A DNA stretch of 64,000 bases from Massalongia carnosa (taxonomy: Eukaryota). Location of the stretch: positions 1,860,001-1,924,000 of the forward strand of contig OZ287070.1 of the NCBI GenBank assembly GCA_965645245.1, given 5' to 3'. Of the stretch, positions 37,439 through 49,949 are shown piece after piece. The number at the start of each line of letters is the position of its first letter. Position 1 is the first letter of the stretch. The translations under genes were made by a program, and so were the position numbers. The notes below the pieces were generated by a model. That model ran no database searches. It had not been told where the DNA came from and was given only the letters and a program-made list of their open reading frames with translations.

Positions 37439-39949
37439 CTACAAGCCTTGCCACAGTAACTTTGCCACATGATCCGCTTTTTTTCGACTATGCTTAACCA
37501 TGCCCAAATACTTCAACTCCGCCAACGCGCTCGAAAATAACGCTCTATATTTCCCCCATTCATTAGCATTAGCAAACTCGCTTATCTACAAGCCGCACCC
37601 AAGAAGAGAACCCGCTCTAAAGAAACAAAATGGACGAAAAAGGGGGAAACTTACAACACCCGCTCCCTCTCCACCTCCTCGTCCTCCACCTGCTCGTTCC
37701 CAATAACAGCATGAAAGGCGGCCCACAGATCCGCCACATTGACAATCGCCCCGGACTCACAATACAGCTGATACAGCACCGCTGTAGCTGGCTGCGTCGG
37801 TGCCAATGCGCTTTCTAGCCCATTGCAGCACTCGCACCACTCGCACCCAAGATAGTCGTGCGGCGCGCTCAGCGCGCGCTCGAGCGCCGCGCGAGGTCGG
37901 GGGGCGAACACGTCGCGATACGGCGAGCGGAAGTCGTAGATTAGGATTTCGTGCAGGAAGAGCTCCTGCGGCGCGATGAGGGCGGCGTCCAGGTATTCTT
38001 GCAGTAGCGCCGCGGCGCGGGCACTGAGGGCCGCGTAGGTAGTTTCAGGGTTGGTAAGGGAAGCGGCGTGCATGCTTAGCTCGACCTTTTGGGCGACAAT
38101 TCTGGTACGCAAGGTGGAACTATGGATAACCTGGGCGCTGCGAAGTGGTTGTGAGAGGGTGGTGGCGAGGGTGACAAGGTCGCGGTGGAGAGAGGGAAGG
38201 GAGGGGATTTGAAAGGCAAGGAGCTGAGCGAGGAGATTGAGGAGGGAGTTAGAGGAGAGTTTTTGGAGAGAGAGGAGGCCTTCTTCCACGATGGGGGAGA
38301 CGCGCAGGCGTCCGGACATGCCGGTAATGTAGAGCTCGGAGTAGGGAATGCGGGATTTAGAGACTAGGCTAGATTGGATGGCAGAGATAACTTCTAGAGC
38401 TTGAATGAGGGTTTGCAAAGCCTCGTGACCTGCCTTGATGTTTAAAACGATAACTTTGTGGAGGGGTAGGTCCTCCTTAAGTAGCGTTTGGGCGGTTTTG
38501 TAGTCACCAGCGTCTACTAAATTTTCGATATATCTGCGCAGAAAGCTGTCATCGATGGTCACTCTAAATGGTTCTCGATTCCTTACCTTTGGAATGATGG
38601 AAGATTACGGACGGCTTCATAGTGTTCCGGTTGTAGGACCATGTCAAGCTCGGAATGGTTTAAGAATATGCTTAGCGGATTTGCGAAGAAATGCGTCATG
38701 TAAACGTACTATATTATCAGTTCGGCGATACCTAGCATGAGCTGCAGAAACTCATACCTTCATTGAATGAATGAAAGCAGCTGTGCTCTGAACGTAATCT
38801 TTCTGACGCTGAAGCACTGCACCGCTAATATTTGGCCCCAACCATGGACCTATAGGCCTCTCAAAAGCAGTAGCTGCTTTGAAAGTGTCTTCCATATCCA
38901 GCTGCGCAATGTCGAACCTAACGGCTTGTAGACATCTTGAAGCAGCTCGAGAGATTTTGTTCTGGAACATTTCAATCGATGTTGCGATTCCAAATAATAG
39001 CACAATTGGTATCCGATCATTCCAGGAGCTAGCACATTCAGCTACGCACAGTTGACTCGAATAGTCGAATACCTTAAAACTTCAATTAGGTCTGCAAGGA
39101 AGCTTCCATCAGAAGCCTCGCTGTCCTGGAATATTATAAGGACTTTGCCTATTGAGTGTATCTGAACATACTCATAAAGTATCTGTAGATCATAACTTAA
39201 ATGGCAACCGCCCTTCTGGAAGTAAGAATATACCTTTCCAGAATTACTTACTTACTAACCTGTTGGCGATCATTATCTGTCTGTTCGTCATTTACGTCAA
39301 GAGCCTGGTTGGTGGCATATTGATTGATATATTTAAGTGCCGATTTGAGATTTGACGTCTGCACGGAATCCAGATTCACCGCTATAGCTCGCTCTCCGAG
39401 CTTGATGCCTTTGATTATGGAATCAAACAGTCCAGCATCGGTGCCGATACTCGGCCCTGCGATAATCAAGCCGGTGGGGATCTTGCCCTCCGTTCTTTAT
39501 AGCGGAAATCAAAACATGAACCTGCTTCATTGGTGCAGACGTACTTGACAAAGTCAATCCCTTGAATAAACGAGACTACTTCGTTGATAGCATCGGTATT
39601 AGAGCTTTCTCGTAGGGCCTATCAATCATTGGAGATGCATTATTTCACCGAATGGAATCTCATTACCTGAAGAAGTTCTTCTTGAAGGCTCCATGCTTGA
39701 GCAAACGACTCAAGCCGGGTCTGTATACATTCCAAATGCTCCGAGCCTGATAGGAGGGGCACAAACGGAAGGAGTTCATTTTGAGCGAGCCGTAAGGTCG
39801 CGTTCGATGTTTTTTTCCGTTTCGAAGGGCGTTGATCGATTTGACTCGCAGTTTCCGCCTGTTCCGGTTCAAATTTATAACAGCCCTATTGATAATCAAG
39901 AAGTATTCTCCAAGCTCCTGATCAGATTGCAAACCTGATATTCGGTCAT
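37439..39949 (-). CDS. ORC3: Origin recognition complex subunit 3; multi-exon
   Basis: KIPTGLIIAGP, LLFGIATS, YMTHFFANPLS, ERALSAPHDYLG, winged-helix QPATAVLYQLYCESG..VNVADLW, ALAELKYLGMVK..KKADHVAKL. Confidence 0.9.
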
Positions 39950-40355
39950 GACTGAAGTACGTTAAGAACCAAATTCTTGGAATCATCGAACAAATTTATA
40001 AGAGATATATACTCGTGATACTTAACTAAATTTAGCACGGATCTAGTTGCCCTACAAGGCAAAAAATAATCAACTACCTCTTAGGTAGAGAGGTATCTAC
40101 TACCATTGAGCCTTTGTACCTTTTTGATCAATAATACGCAAATTACAACATCCCGTTGACAACATGCAGCAAAGCGTCATTGTAGATCCAACAATTCGTC
40201 CTATTCCAACGGACGTCAAATTGCGGCGGGCCTCCAGTTTACAGCTATCAACTCTTCACGGTCGTTTACGGTTTCTAATTGTTTCTGTTAAACCTTAGCA
40301 GTCAGCGTGGACGGTTCTAGAATTGTTGTTATACCTGGCATTTCACAACTTTCAG

Positions 40356-42445
40356 ATGTACATTGTTCGAATATTAAGACATTCTTTCCCGGATGCGCTG
40401 CGCGCCGTTCATTTTACCTCTCTCCACAAGATGTCCACCACCCATCCCCTTTACACGAGCGCCTCCCTCAAAGCAGCTAATGCACAGCCATTCAGCATCA
40501 TGAAGGGAAAGCTAGACGCGTCATTGCTACAAGGCTTAGATGCTATGGGGTTTGAATATATGACTCCGGTCCAGAAGAAGGTGCTAGGCGGATTACCGTC
40601 GTTGACAAGCGATTGGTATGTACCTGATTTATACTTCGTAGCGGAGAAATATTTCTTCTTTTACAGTCTGGACCGCTCACACTCAATTATAATGCTAGCC
40701 TTGTCCAAGCCAAGACTGGCACAGGCAAAACAATTGCCTTTCTCCTTCCGGCCTTACACACCTTCCTGACCCAATCATCGCCGCGGGGCCAGGTATCAAT
40801 CCTCATTATGTCTCCGACTCGCGAACTCGCGCTTCAGATTGCGGCTGAAGCGAGCCATCTTGTTGTCAAGGTGAAGAGACCCGTGGAAATTCATACCGCC
40901 TTTGGGGGAACAGCGCGTGCGTCCAATCTGAACAGGTTTATGGCTGGAGATCCAAAGATATTGATTGCCACACCTGGGAGGCTGAAAGATTATTTGAGCG
41001 AACGAGAGACTAGGCAACGGTTCAATTCGCTACAAACGTTGATTCTGGATGAGGCAGACGTAATGCTTGAAGCTGGTAGGCTACATCATGCTAGATAACG
41101 TATATAATCTAACCACCCCCCCTCTCCCCCAGGTTTTCTTCCGGATATTCTCAGCATTCTGCAGGCCCTCCCACCGAAGGATAAGGCTAGATGGCAAGGG
41201 ATGTGTTTTAGCGCTACTGTTCCGCCAAAAATCAAGGAAGTCCTGTCAAATGTCTTGAACGAAGACTACACTTCCATCTCGACTCTCGATGCATCAGAGC
41301 CTCCTACGCTTGCTGAAGTATTACAATATTCAGTCATTATTCCAAGTGTTATGCACACTTTCAACGCTCTTCTGTCGCTCCTCACCATCGAAATCGGAGC
41401 AAGCAAGGATCCTCCCAAAATTATTGTATTTGGCACGACTGCACATCTTGTCGCTCTATACGCCCAAGTGTATCAAGAGCAAACCCAGTTAAAAGTATAT
41501 GAGCTGCACAGTCGATTATCACAACCTCAGCGAACACGGACTACATCTGCGTTTAAAGATGCTGAAAGCGGAATTATGTTTGCCACAGATGGTAATAATA
41601 CTGTTGAATGTTAGTTGTTTTATATACCTAACGGTTACTATAGTCATCGGTCGAGGGATGGACTTCCCCAACGTCACTCTAGTTGTGCAAGTTGGGCTTC
41701 CGTCTGACTCGGATGCTTACACTCACCGAGTAGGCCGTACTGCTCGTGCCGGGAAGGATGGCCGAGCCGTGATTGTCCTCACAGAGGCTGAGTCCTACTT
41801 TGTCCACACAAATCGACAATTTCCTATTAAAATTCATCCAAGCTCTAAGAGCATTCTGGGAGATGTAGCTTCTGCAGAAAAGGTGTCTCATGTTATGACC
41901 CTTATCGACGATGACATTAAACGAAAGGCTTACTCGGCGTACCTTGGGTTCATGAAGACGTACCTCAACAAGTTACAGCTGAACCCTGCTGGGCTTGTGA
42001 AAATGGCCAGGGAACTCGCCTTGGATGGAATGAAATGTGTCGAGGTTCCTCAAATGGAAAAGAAAACCGTCGGGTAAGCTAACAAACTCCACTCTAAATT
42101 CGAGAATTTCTATTTATTTAGTACTCCGCTAACAAGCGAAGAAAAATGGGGTTAAAGGGGGTGCCCGGTCTACGGATTGCCAAACCTATGGTATCCGTCA
42201 AGAAGGGAGATGAACGGAGGATCTTAAATGTCGACAACGAAGAGAATGATGGACGTATTAAACGCGCAAGGCACCAGGGAGCCCCGGAGCCTGTGGAGGA
42301 CAAAATCAGCAAATTTGATTTCGGAAACAACAATTATGGAGGCCAGAGTCGAGGTGGCCATGGCGGTGGTAGTAGAAGCCGTGGAAATTTGCGAGGAGCA
42401 GCTTCCAGGGGCGGTCGGGGTGGTCTTAATCGCTCCGTTCGATGA
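40356..42445 (+). CDS. DEAD-box RNA helicase, Mss116/CYT-19-like, with RGG-rich tail; 5 exons
   Basis: Q motif MGFEYMTPVQ, QAKTGTGKT, SPTRELA, TPGRL, DEAD, FSAT, RGMDFPNVTLVVQVGLP, HRVGRTARAG, KAYSAYLGF. Confidence 0.9.
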
Positions 42446-42786
42446 CGGGTAGAGCACACATTAGATGTCGCTATTAAATTAGAGATGATGTTAGACTAAA
42501 ATACCAGAGCAAATTCACTAAACTCTAGGGCTTTGCGCCTCGAATGAGCTCTCATTCCTACATAATATAGATTTAAAATTGATTTGTAACTTCGCAAGGT
42601 TTTTTGTTGTAGGTTAAGATTATATTAGATAGTCATTGTGGAGTTAATTTCAACCAAACTCAATCCGCCCCCTTTTCCTAAACGATTTGCCGTTTGCACA
42701 ACTCGCTTAAACCTTTTCCCGTACCGATTAGTTAAAGACGTCTTGACAACATAGAGGACCTCATATTTTTTCAGCTACGCCCATTC

Positions 42787-45336
42787 ATGCACCGCTTTGT
42801 TTGGCGTGCAGGTCACCCATATAAAGCTCGCTTGAGCATATGCAAATTAGGTTATGGCACTCTCTATGCTACCGTATTTAGAAACCCTTTTACAACATCC
42901 AGCCTCCGGCTTAATGAGCCAGGCCCAAAGAACCCCCCAAAGGTCCGATGGTATGAACAGCTATGGGAGGGCGCCATCCAGCGGCAGCGCGTGGTCCCTG
43001 AAAATGAGATGGCGGGTGAAAACTCGGCGGAAACAAGGTTACTAAAGAGAAAGGTTGCAGACTTGGAGGCCGAGCTTGCTGAACTCCGGGGCGAAAACTC
43101 AACAATGATAGAGCCTCTGCTTCAGGCCTTTTCCAAAGAAGACCAGGATAAAGTTCGGAAGGCCTTGAAGCAGGCTAAACTTGATCAGCCGGGTCGTAGT
43201 CCTACGCAGTATGAGCTCAAAATGGTGGAAGATGAGATGATAAAGTTATTGCCGGAGGAACAAATGGAGCAACTTCTATTCGAAACGCGATCCTTGATCA
43301 TCGGTGGGCTGGGCTCTCTGCTAGAGTTGACGCCGCCCCAAGAAAAGCGCATAAGGAGTTTGAATTACTGGTTGCGAGCAGCTGCGATTGATTATTCAGA
43401 TGCCGAATCAACGAAAAAGCTATGGCAATCTTACATGCGGTGCAGGGAACACCTTCCCCCATTTACACACCTGTTACCAGATCAAGCTTGGGATATATTA
43501 TGGGCTAGCCAAGATAGAGTCTCTACGAGAGGCCAAGAGCGAGTCTTACATCTGAGCATTTTGTCAAAGGACATGTCGCAAGGAGGGAAAGAGCTGAATC
43601 TTCAACAAGTTATAGTCCTCATTGAGTCATTACTACTCGAGGGTCGTCAAGCGGATGCTCTAGATACTTGGCAGGGTCAACAAAGCCTTATCGCGAAGGA
43701 CGGAGTTTTACCGATAGAATATCGGATGTTGGGCATTCGCTTATTTGCATCACGGGGAGATCCACAAAAAGCGCAAGATATCGCGTGTGACGTGCTTGCT
43801 AATGGAGGACAGGACGTATCACGTGCACTTGTTCCAGTCATGGAGGCTTGGATTAAGAGTCTGGCAGATGGAGCACAAAATGCGTGGGTATTGTATCTAC
43901 ATCTCAAAACTCGGATGGGTTCCAACATTAAGCCAGAGCATTATGATCAAATCACTACAGCTTTCCTGCATGCTGGCCGTACAGACTTAGCTTTAGCCGT
44001 TTTCAAGGATCTGATGCTTACAGGGAAAGACACGAGGTACGAATCTACAGAGCTTTACAGAACTTCCCTCGGTCTCGTCAGCAAACTTCAGCTACATAGC
44101 ATCAATGCCTCGGAGTTAACGAAGGTTTCTCTAACAGCATTGACTATTTTACCAAGGAAGTTCCAAAACAAATACTTCTATGGTAGTTGGATGAAACGCC
44201 TGATAGGCATGGGAAATCCCGATGCAGCAGCTATGGTCTTAGAGTTGATGTATGAGCGCGGTGTCAAACCTGATTCAAAACATCTGAATGGAATCATGGG
44301 TGCTTGGTTACGCACCGGGACTGCAAGGGACAAAGGCAAGGCTGAGCGTATGGGCTGGGCTATGATTCAGGAGCGTTTGGATGTAATTCGCAGGCGCCCC
44401 GGATCTGGTTTGGCCAATGGAGCGGAACACCAAGATGTTCCAGGTGTTACGATACCTCTCCATGTCAAGCGCACCGTATCACCTGCCACTATTGAAACCT
44501 TCTCTCTCCTTCTGCTTCATTACGAGCGTCGTGGAAGGTTGAAGTACGTCCAACTCCTTCGTGAGTACCTTCCACTGGCTCAAATTCATCCGAACGCATA
44601 TTTTATGAACCACCTGCTTTACGCTGAATTGCGTCGTGGAGAGCACCGCAAATCATGGGATATCTACGAATCAATGTCCTATAAGGTACGGCCGGATCTC
44701 GAAACCTTTGCAGCTCTCTGGGATTGCGAGAAAGCGCATTTAGACAGATTAAGTATACACCCTTCTGATAGATTTCCTGGACCTCGTACAGTCTTTTACC
44801 GGATGAACTCGTGGTACGTAACGCTGGGGGCCAAACCCCGCAAGGATGTTAAGCAAGCGTTCAGCAAGGAGTTGTATGACCAGATTATTCGTTGCATGTG
44901 TCTAGCCAAAGATCTCGAAGGTACCATAGTGGCCCTGTATGCGCTGAGGGAGCTTTTTCACTTTTTCCCCGATCATGACACCAGCCGTATGATTATCCTG
45001 CAAGTTGCTAGTATGGGCATTGGTACACCAAAAAACCCTGGAGGTCGACGTACTCGGTTAACGGGTAATACGCAAACCAAAGCCAATATTGCGCGCATCA
45101 CTAAAGTCTTCGAGCTCGTTACGGAACAGCGTTCAAATATTTTACAGCGGCGAGGTACAGAACTCGATGAAGGGGCGATCCAGGAGGAGCAGCTTTATTT
45201 GCTGGCAGAATTTCTTCGGGTGATCTTGCAGAGGGTGATGCCTGACGAAGTTGAGTTGGAGAGGAACATTGAAAAGTCCGCATGGGAGATGGGCGTCGGT
45301 GGCATTCCTATTGTTGAGCCTAATGTCTCTCCATGA
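42787..45336 (+). CDS. Mitochondrial pentatricopeptide-repeat (PPR) protein
   Basis: Basic presequence-like N-terminus and PPR-like units (AVFKDLM; LELMYERGVKPDSKHLNGIMGAW; VRPDLETFAALW). Confidence 0.8.
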   Translation: MHRFVWRAGHPYKARLSICKLGYGTLYATVFRNPFTTSSLRLNEPGPKNPPKVRWYEQLWEGAIQRQRVVPENEMAGENSAETRLLKRKVADLEAELAELRGENSTMIEPLLQAFSKEDQDKVRKALKQAKLDQPGRSPTQYELKMVEDEMIKLLPEEQMEQLLFETRSLIIGGLGSLLELTPPQEKRIRSLNYWLRAAAIDYSDAESTKKLWQSYMRCREHLPPFTHLLPDQAWDILWASQDRVSTRGQERVLHLSILSKDMSQGGKELNLQQVIVLIESLLLEGRQADALDTWQGQQSLIAKDGVLPIEYRMLGIRLFASRGDPQKAQDIACDVLANGGQDVSRALVPVMEAWIKSLADGAQNAWVLYLHLKTRMGSNIKPEHYDQITTAFLHAGRTDLALAVFKDLMLTGKDTRYESTELYRTSLGLVSKLQLHSINASELTKVSLTALTILPRKFQNKYFYGSWMKRLIGMGNPDAAAMVLELMYERGVKPDSKHLNGIMGAWLRTGTARDKGKAERMGWAMIQERLDVIRRRPGSGLANGAEHQDVPGVTIPLHVKRTVSPATIETFSLLLLHYERRGRLKYVQLLREYLPLAQIHPNAYFMNHLLYAELRRGEHRKSWDIYESMSYKVRPDLETFAALWDCEKAHLDRLSIHPSDRFPGPRTVFYRMNSWYVTLGAKPRKDVKQAFSKELYDQIIRCMCLAKDLEGTIVALYALRELFHFFPDHDTSRMIILQVASMGIGTPKNPGGRRTRLTGNTQTKANIARITKVFELVTEQRSNILQRRGTELDEGAIQEEQLYLLAEFLRVILQRVMPDEVELERNIEKSAWEMGVGGIPIVEPNVSP

Positions 45337-45985
45337 ATACTCTGTACAAAGTATGAGCTAATGCCCTTGCATTAAGGCTCAGGGTCAATGTATAGGGAGT
45401 TACCCAGGTACCTAGATGGGCGGATTTTTTTTTCAGCGTCGATCGTGTATTATCTTAGCCTTCCAGTCCACTTGACATTATCAAATGAACATACCATTTC
45501 ACGTCTCACCTTCGAGTTCCCTAATATTACCGAAGATGGACTAGACTAGCTTCAGATAGAAGATAAGAGCTTACGGCATTTCCCGGCATGACCCGTGCAC
45601 TCTTAGCGTACCAATGAGGCTGGCACGGCTGGAAACTTTCACGCAAATAAATTACCTAGCTATCAATATTCAACATCAAATCGCAAATTCCTTTTCACCT
45701 TAAGTGATTCCCATTTTCCTTCTTTACAGCTACTTTTTTACGCATTTTTAGGCTTTTAGGTATTTATTAGAAGCCATCTTTCTTGACCTCAGAAGTACAA
45801 AAAGCAATTATTGGTTTGCCTATATCGTTGATGATAGAATGCATTAAAAATTCTCCCTCCGCTTGTCTGCTACGAAATTTGCCAGACCCGTGGTGCTCTT
45901 TGCACCCGGGAGCTATCTTGGCCGAGAGGGCTGCAGTGTCTCCCTGCAGCCATATCTATCTTAAACTGATCTTCCCTTCTCCAAG

Positions 45986-48900
45986 ATGATAGCGTGCACA
46001 AGGTTGGGCGGTTGTGGCCCAGCGCTGCTTCACAGAAACGTTTTCGTCCGTTTTCCAATCACTATCCGCTCGTTGGCCACAATCCAAAATCAATCGCAAT
46101 ATTCGCTTCCCATTATCTTTAATACTGTCCCTAATTGCGCAAAAAGAACCTTTGCGGTTTCGGCTCGGTTTAGAATCACCGGACTAGAAGCCCCCAGTGC
46201 ACAGGCCTACATTTCAAGTGGAATTCTTGCAGGGCGAAAGAACTTGGTAGATGTTAAGAAGGTTTTGGTCATTGGCAGCGGTGGCCTAAGTATTGGGCAA
46301 GCTGGAGAATTCGATTATTCGGGTAAGATTGGATCTGGCAATGGAAGAGACGCCACAATCAATAGATCTCTCAGTTCATAGGGACTTTTTTGTATGGATA
46401 TAGCTAACCAACACCTTTTGAACACATATAGGTTCACAAGCCTTAAAAGCCCTTAGAGAAGCCAAAGTGGCATCGGTCTTAATCAATCCTAATATTGCAA
46501 CCATTCAAACTGACCACAAACTTGCCGACGAGGTATATTACCTCCCTGTAACCCCCGAATACGTGACTTATGTTATTGAACGGGAGAGGCCTGATGGGAT
46601 ATTATTAACCTTCGGGGGTCAAACGGCGCTCAATCTTGGAGTAAAAATGGACGAAATGGGCATCTTTGAGCGCTATGGTGTCAAGGTTCTTGGAACCAGC
46701 ATTCAAACTCTGAAGACAAGCGAAGATCGAGATCTGTTTGCCAAGGCGTTGAAAGAAATTAATATTCCCATCGCAGAGTCAATTGCTGTTAATACCGTAG
46801 ACGCAGCTCTTGAGGCCGCGCAACAAATTGGTTACCCTATCATCGTTCGCTCAGCCTATGCATTGGGAGGCCTAGGCTCAGGATTCGCTAATAATGCGGA
46901 AGAATTGAAAAATCTCTCTTCACGATCTTTAACATTAGCACCTCAAATCCTTGTGGAGAAATCCTTGAAGGGCTGGAAAGAGCTAGAGTACGAGGTCGTA
47001 CGTGATGCTGCGAATAACACCATTACGGTTTGTAACATGGAGAACTTTGATCCACTTGGCACACATACGGGGGACAGTATAGTCATTGCTCCGAGTCAGA
47101 CGCTTAGCGATGAAGAATATCATATGCTCCGAACAGCTGCAATCAAAATCGTCCGTCATTTGGGAGTATGTGGAGAGTGTAATGTGCAGTATGCTCTTCA
47201 GCCGGACGGACTCGATTACAGGGTCATTGAAGTAAATGCCCGCCTGTCCAGATCCTCTGCTCTGGCATCAAAGGCTACTGGCTATCCGCTCGCGTACACT
47301 GCAGCGAAGATCGGTCTTGGACATACTCTTCCGGAGTTACCGAATGCGGTGACGAAAACAACCACTGCCAACTTTGAACCTAGTCTGGACTATGTCGTGA
47401 CTAAAATTCCGCGGTGGGATCTGAGCAAATTCCAGCATGTGAAGCGAGATATCGGAAGCGCGATGAAGTCCGTTGGAGAGGTCATGGCGATTGGACGAAC
47501 ATTTGAAGAATCCATTCAAAAAGCGATTCGCCAGGTGGATCCCAAATATGTTGGGTTTCAGGGGGATCACTTCGAGGATCTGGACGAGACTCTACGTAAC
47601 CCTACTGATCGAAGATGGCTCGCTGTCGGGCAGGCTATGCTCCATGAGAATTATTCCGTAGATAAGGTGCATAATCTAACTAAGATCGATAAGTGGTTTC
47701 TTTACAAACTACGAAATATCGTTGATGTCTACAATGAGCTGGAGGATATTGGAAGTCTCTTTGGCCTCAAGAAGGAGTTGGTGATTAAAGCAAAGAAAAT
47801 GGGATTTTCTGACCTGCAGATTGCACAATGTGTTGGGAGTTCGGAGGATGAGGTTCGAGCTAGGAGAAAGGGATTTGGAATCCGACCATTTGTTAAAAAA
47901 ATCGATACTCTGGCAGCAGAGTTCCCTGCTGACACGAATTATCTGTACACCACGTACAATGCGACATCCCATGATGTAAGTTTTGACGACCACGGAATCA
48001 TCATTCTCGGAAGTGGTGTGTATCGCATTGGAAGCTCTGTGGAATTCGACTGGTGCGCTGTCAATGCAACGCTTTCTTTGAAAGAGATGGGCAAAAAGAC
48101 TGTCATGATCAATTATAATCCTGAAACATACTCGACAGACTTTGACACAGCCGATAAACTGTATTTTGAAGAGCTTAGCTATGAACGAGTAATGGATATA
48201 TACGAGTTGGAATCGGCCAGCGGTGTAATTGTGTCCGTTGGAGGCCAGCTGCCTCAAAATATTGCTCTGCGTTTACAAGAAACAGGCAAAGCAAAAGTCC
48301 TAGGTACAGATCCGCAAGATATCGACAAGGCCGAGGATCGACATAAGTTCTCGCAGATTCTTGACAGTATCGGTGTAGATCAGCCGGCCTGGAAGGAGCT
48401 AACCTCCGTTCCAGATGCAGAGTCTTTCGCTGATGAGGTTGGATATCCGGTACTTGTTCGCCCTAGTTACGTACTCTCTGGAGCCGCGATGAGCGTCATA
48501 CGGAGCCAGGACGAGCTAAAGGAAAAGCTGATCTCTGCCAGCGCCGTGTCACCAGATCACCCAGTTGTCATCACCAAATTCATCGAAGGCGCTGAGGAGA
48601 TTGATGTTGATGCTGTTGCGTCTGCAGGCAAGCTGATATTGCACGCTGTCAGTGAGCACGTCGAAGCAGCAGGAGTTCACTCTGGTGATGCAACTCTAGT
48701 TCTGCCCCCTGTAAATCTCGACGATGATGTTCTCGCTCGAGTGAAAGAGATTGCGCAAAAGGTCGCCAAAGCTTGGAAAATAACTGGACCTTTTAATATG
48801 CAAATTATCAAAGCAAAGAATCTATCTGGCGGTGAACCTCACCTGAAAGTTATTGAATGCAACCTGCGTGCTTCGCGTTCCTTCCCATTCGTCAGTAAAG

Positions 48901-49658
48901 TGCTCGGAACCAACTTTATTGATGTTGCTACCAAGGCGCTGGCCGATCGAGATGTCCCTGCACCGAAAGATCTAATGACCATGAAAAGAAATTATTTGGC
49001 AACCAAGGTTCCACAGTTTTCCTGGACTAGGCTGGCTGGTGCGGATCCTTTTCTCGGCGTCGAGATGTCCAGTACTGGTGAAATCGCTTGTTTTGGTAAA
49101 GATTTAATCGATGCATATTGGGCATCATTGCAATCCACCATGAATTTCCGAGTGCCAGAGCCCGGCGAGGGGTTACTTTTTGGTGGTGATATCGCAAAGA
49201 CAGAGCTGTCTGAGATTGTCAACTATCTCAATCCTCTAGGATACAAGCTTTTCGCCGCCAGCCCCGCTATTAAAGCTCATTTAGAATCAACCGCAAAGGA
49301 TAATGTTTCTGTCGAAGTGATTGAGTTTCCGAAGGAGGACAAGAGAGCGCTGCGGGAAGTCTTTCTGAAGTACGATATCCGGGGTGTTTTCAACCTTGCT
49401 AGCCAGAGAGCAAAGACTTTACTTGATGAAGATTATGTAATGAGAAGGAATGCCGTCGATTTTGGGGTCCCTTTGTTCATGGAACCAAAGGTAGGCCTTA
49501 AACCCCAGAGATTTCTATCCATTTTGTTGATTACCCACTAACGCTCATTGCAGACAGCCCTTCTGTCTGCGCGGTGCATGAATGCCAAGTTACCCCGTAA
49601 AGAAGGCTTTCCATCTGAGGTAAGGCGCTGGAGTGATTTTATTGGAGGCCACTCTTGA
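45986..49658 (+). CDS. CPA2: Arginine-specific carbamoyl-phosphate synthase large chain (mitochondrial); 3 exons
   Basis: Presequence, [26 protein letters not shown], two ATP-grasp halves, MGS domain; no GATase/ATCase fusion; last exon ends [13 protein letters not shown]. Confidence 0.96.
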
Positions 49659-49949
49659 CATAAAAAGTCATCGTTTTTGGGAGGGGAAGGCTGTCTACTA
49701 ATATGGAGAGGAGTTCCATGGGTTTAAGGGAATACCACTCAGGCGTGTCGTTAAGGGTCAAAGATTTTAAGTAGTATGAGTTGTATATAGAAATTGGATA
49801 GAGGGCAGATCATTATGTCTCCCCCAAAGAATATTACGGTCTAATGGAGGTTATGGTTTTTCAGCCAAGCTCACTGACTGCACTGCAACTAGCAGCCGCC
49901 AGGTGACGTGTTTCTGGCTTCTGATGATGTACTCTGTATTGCGTTCTTA

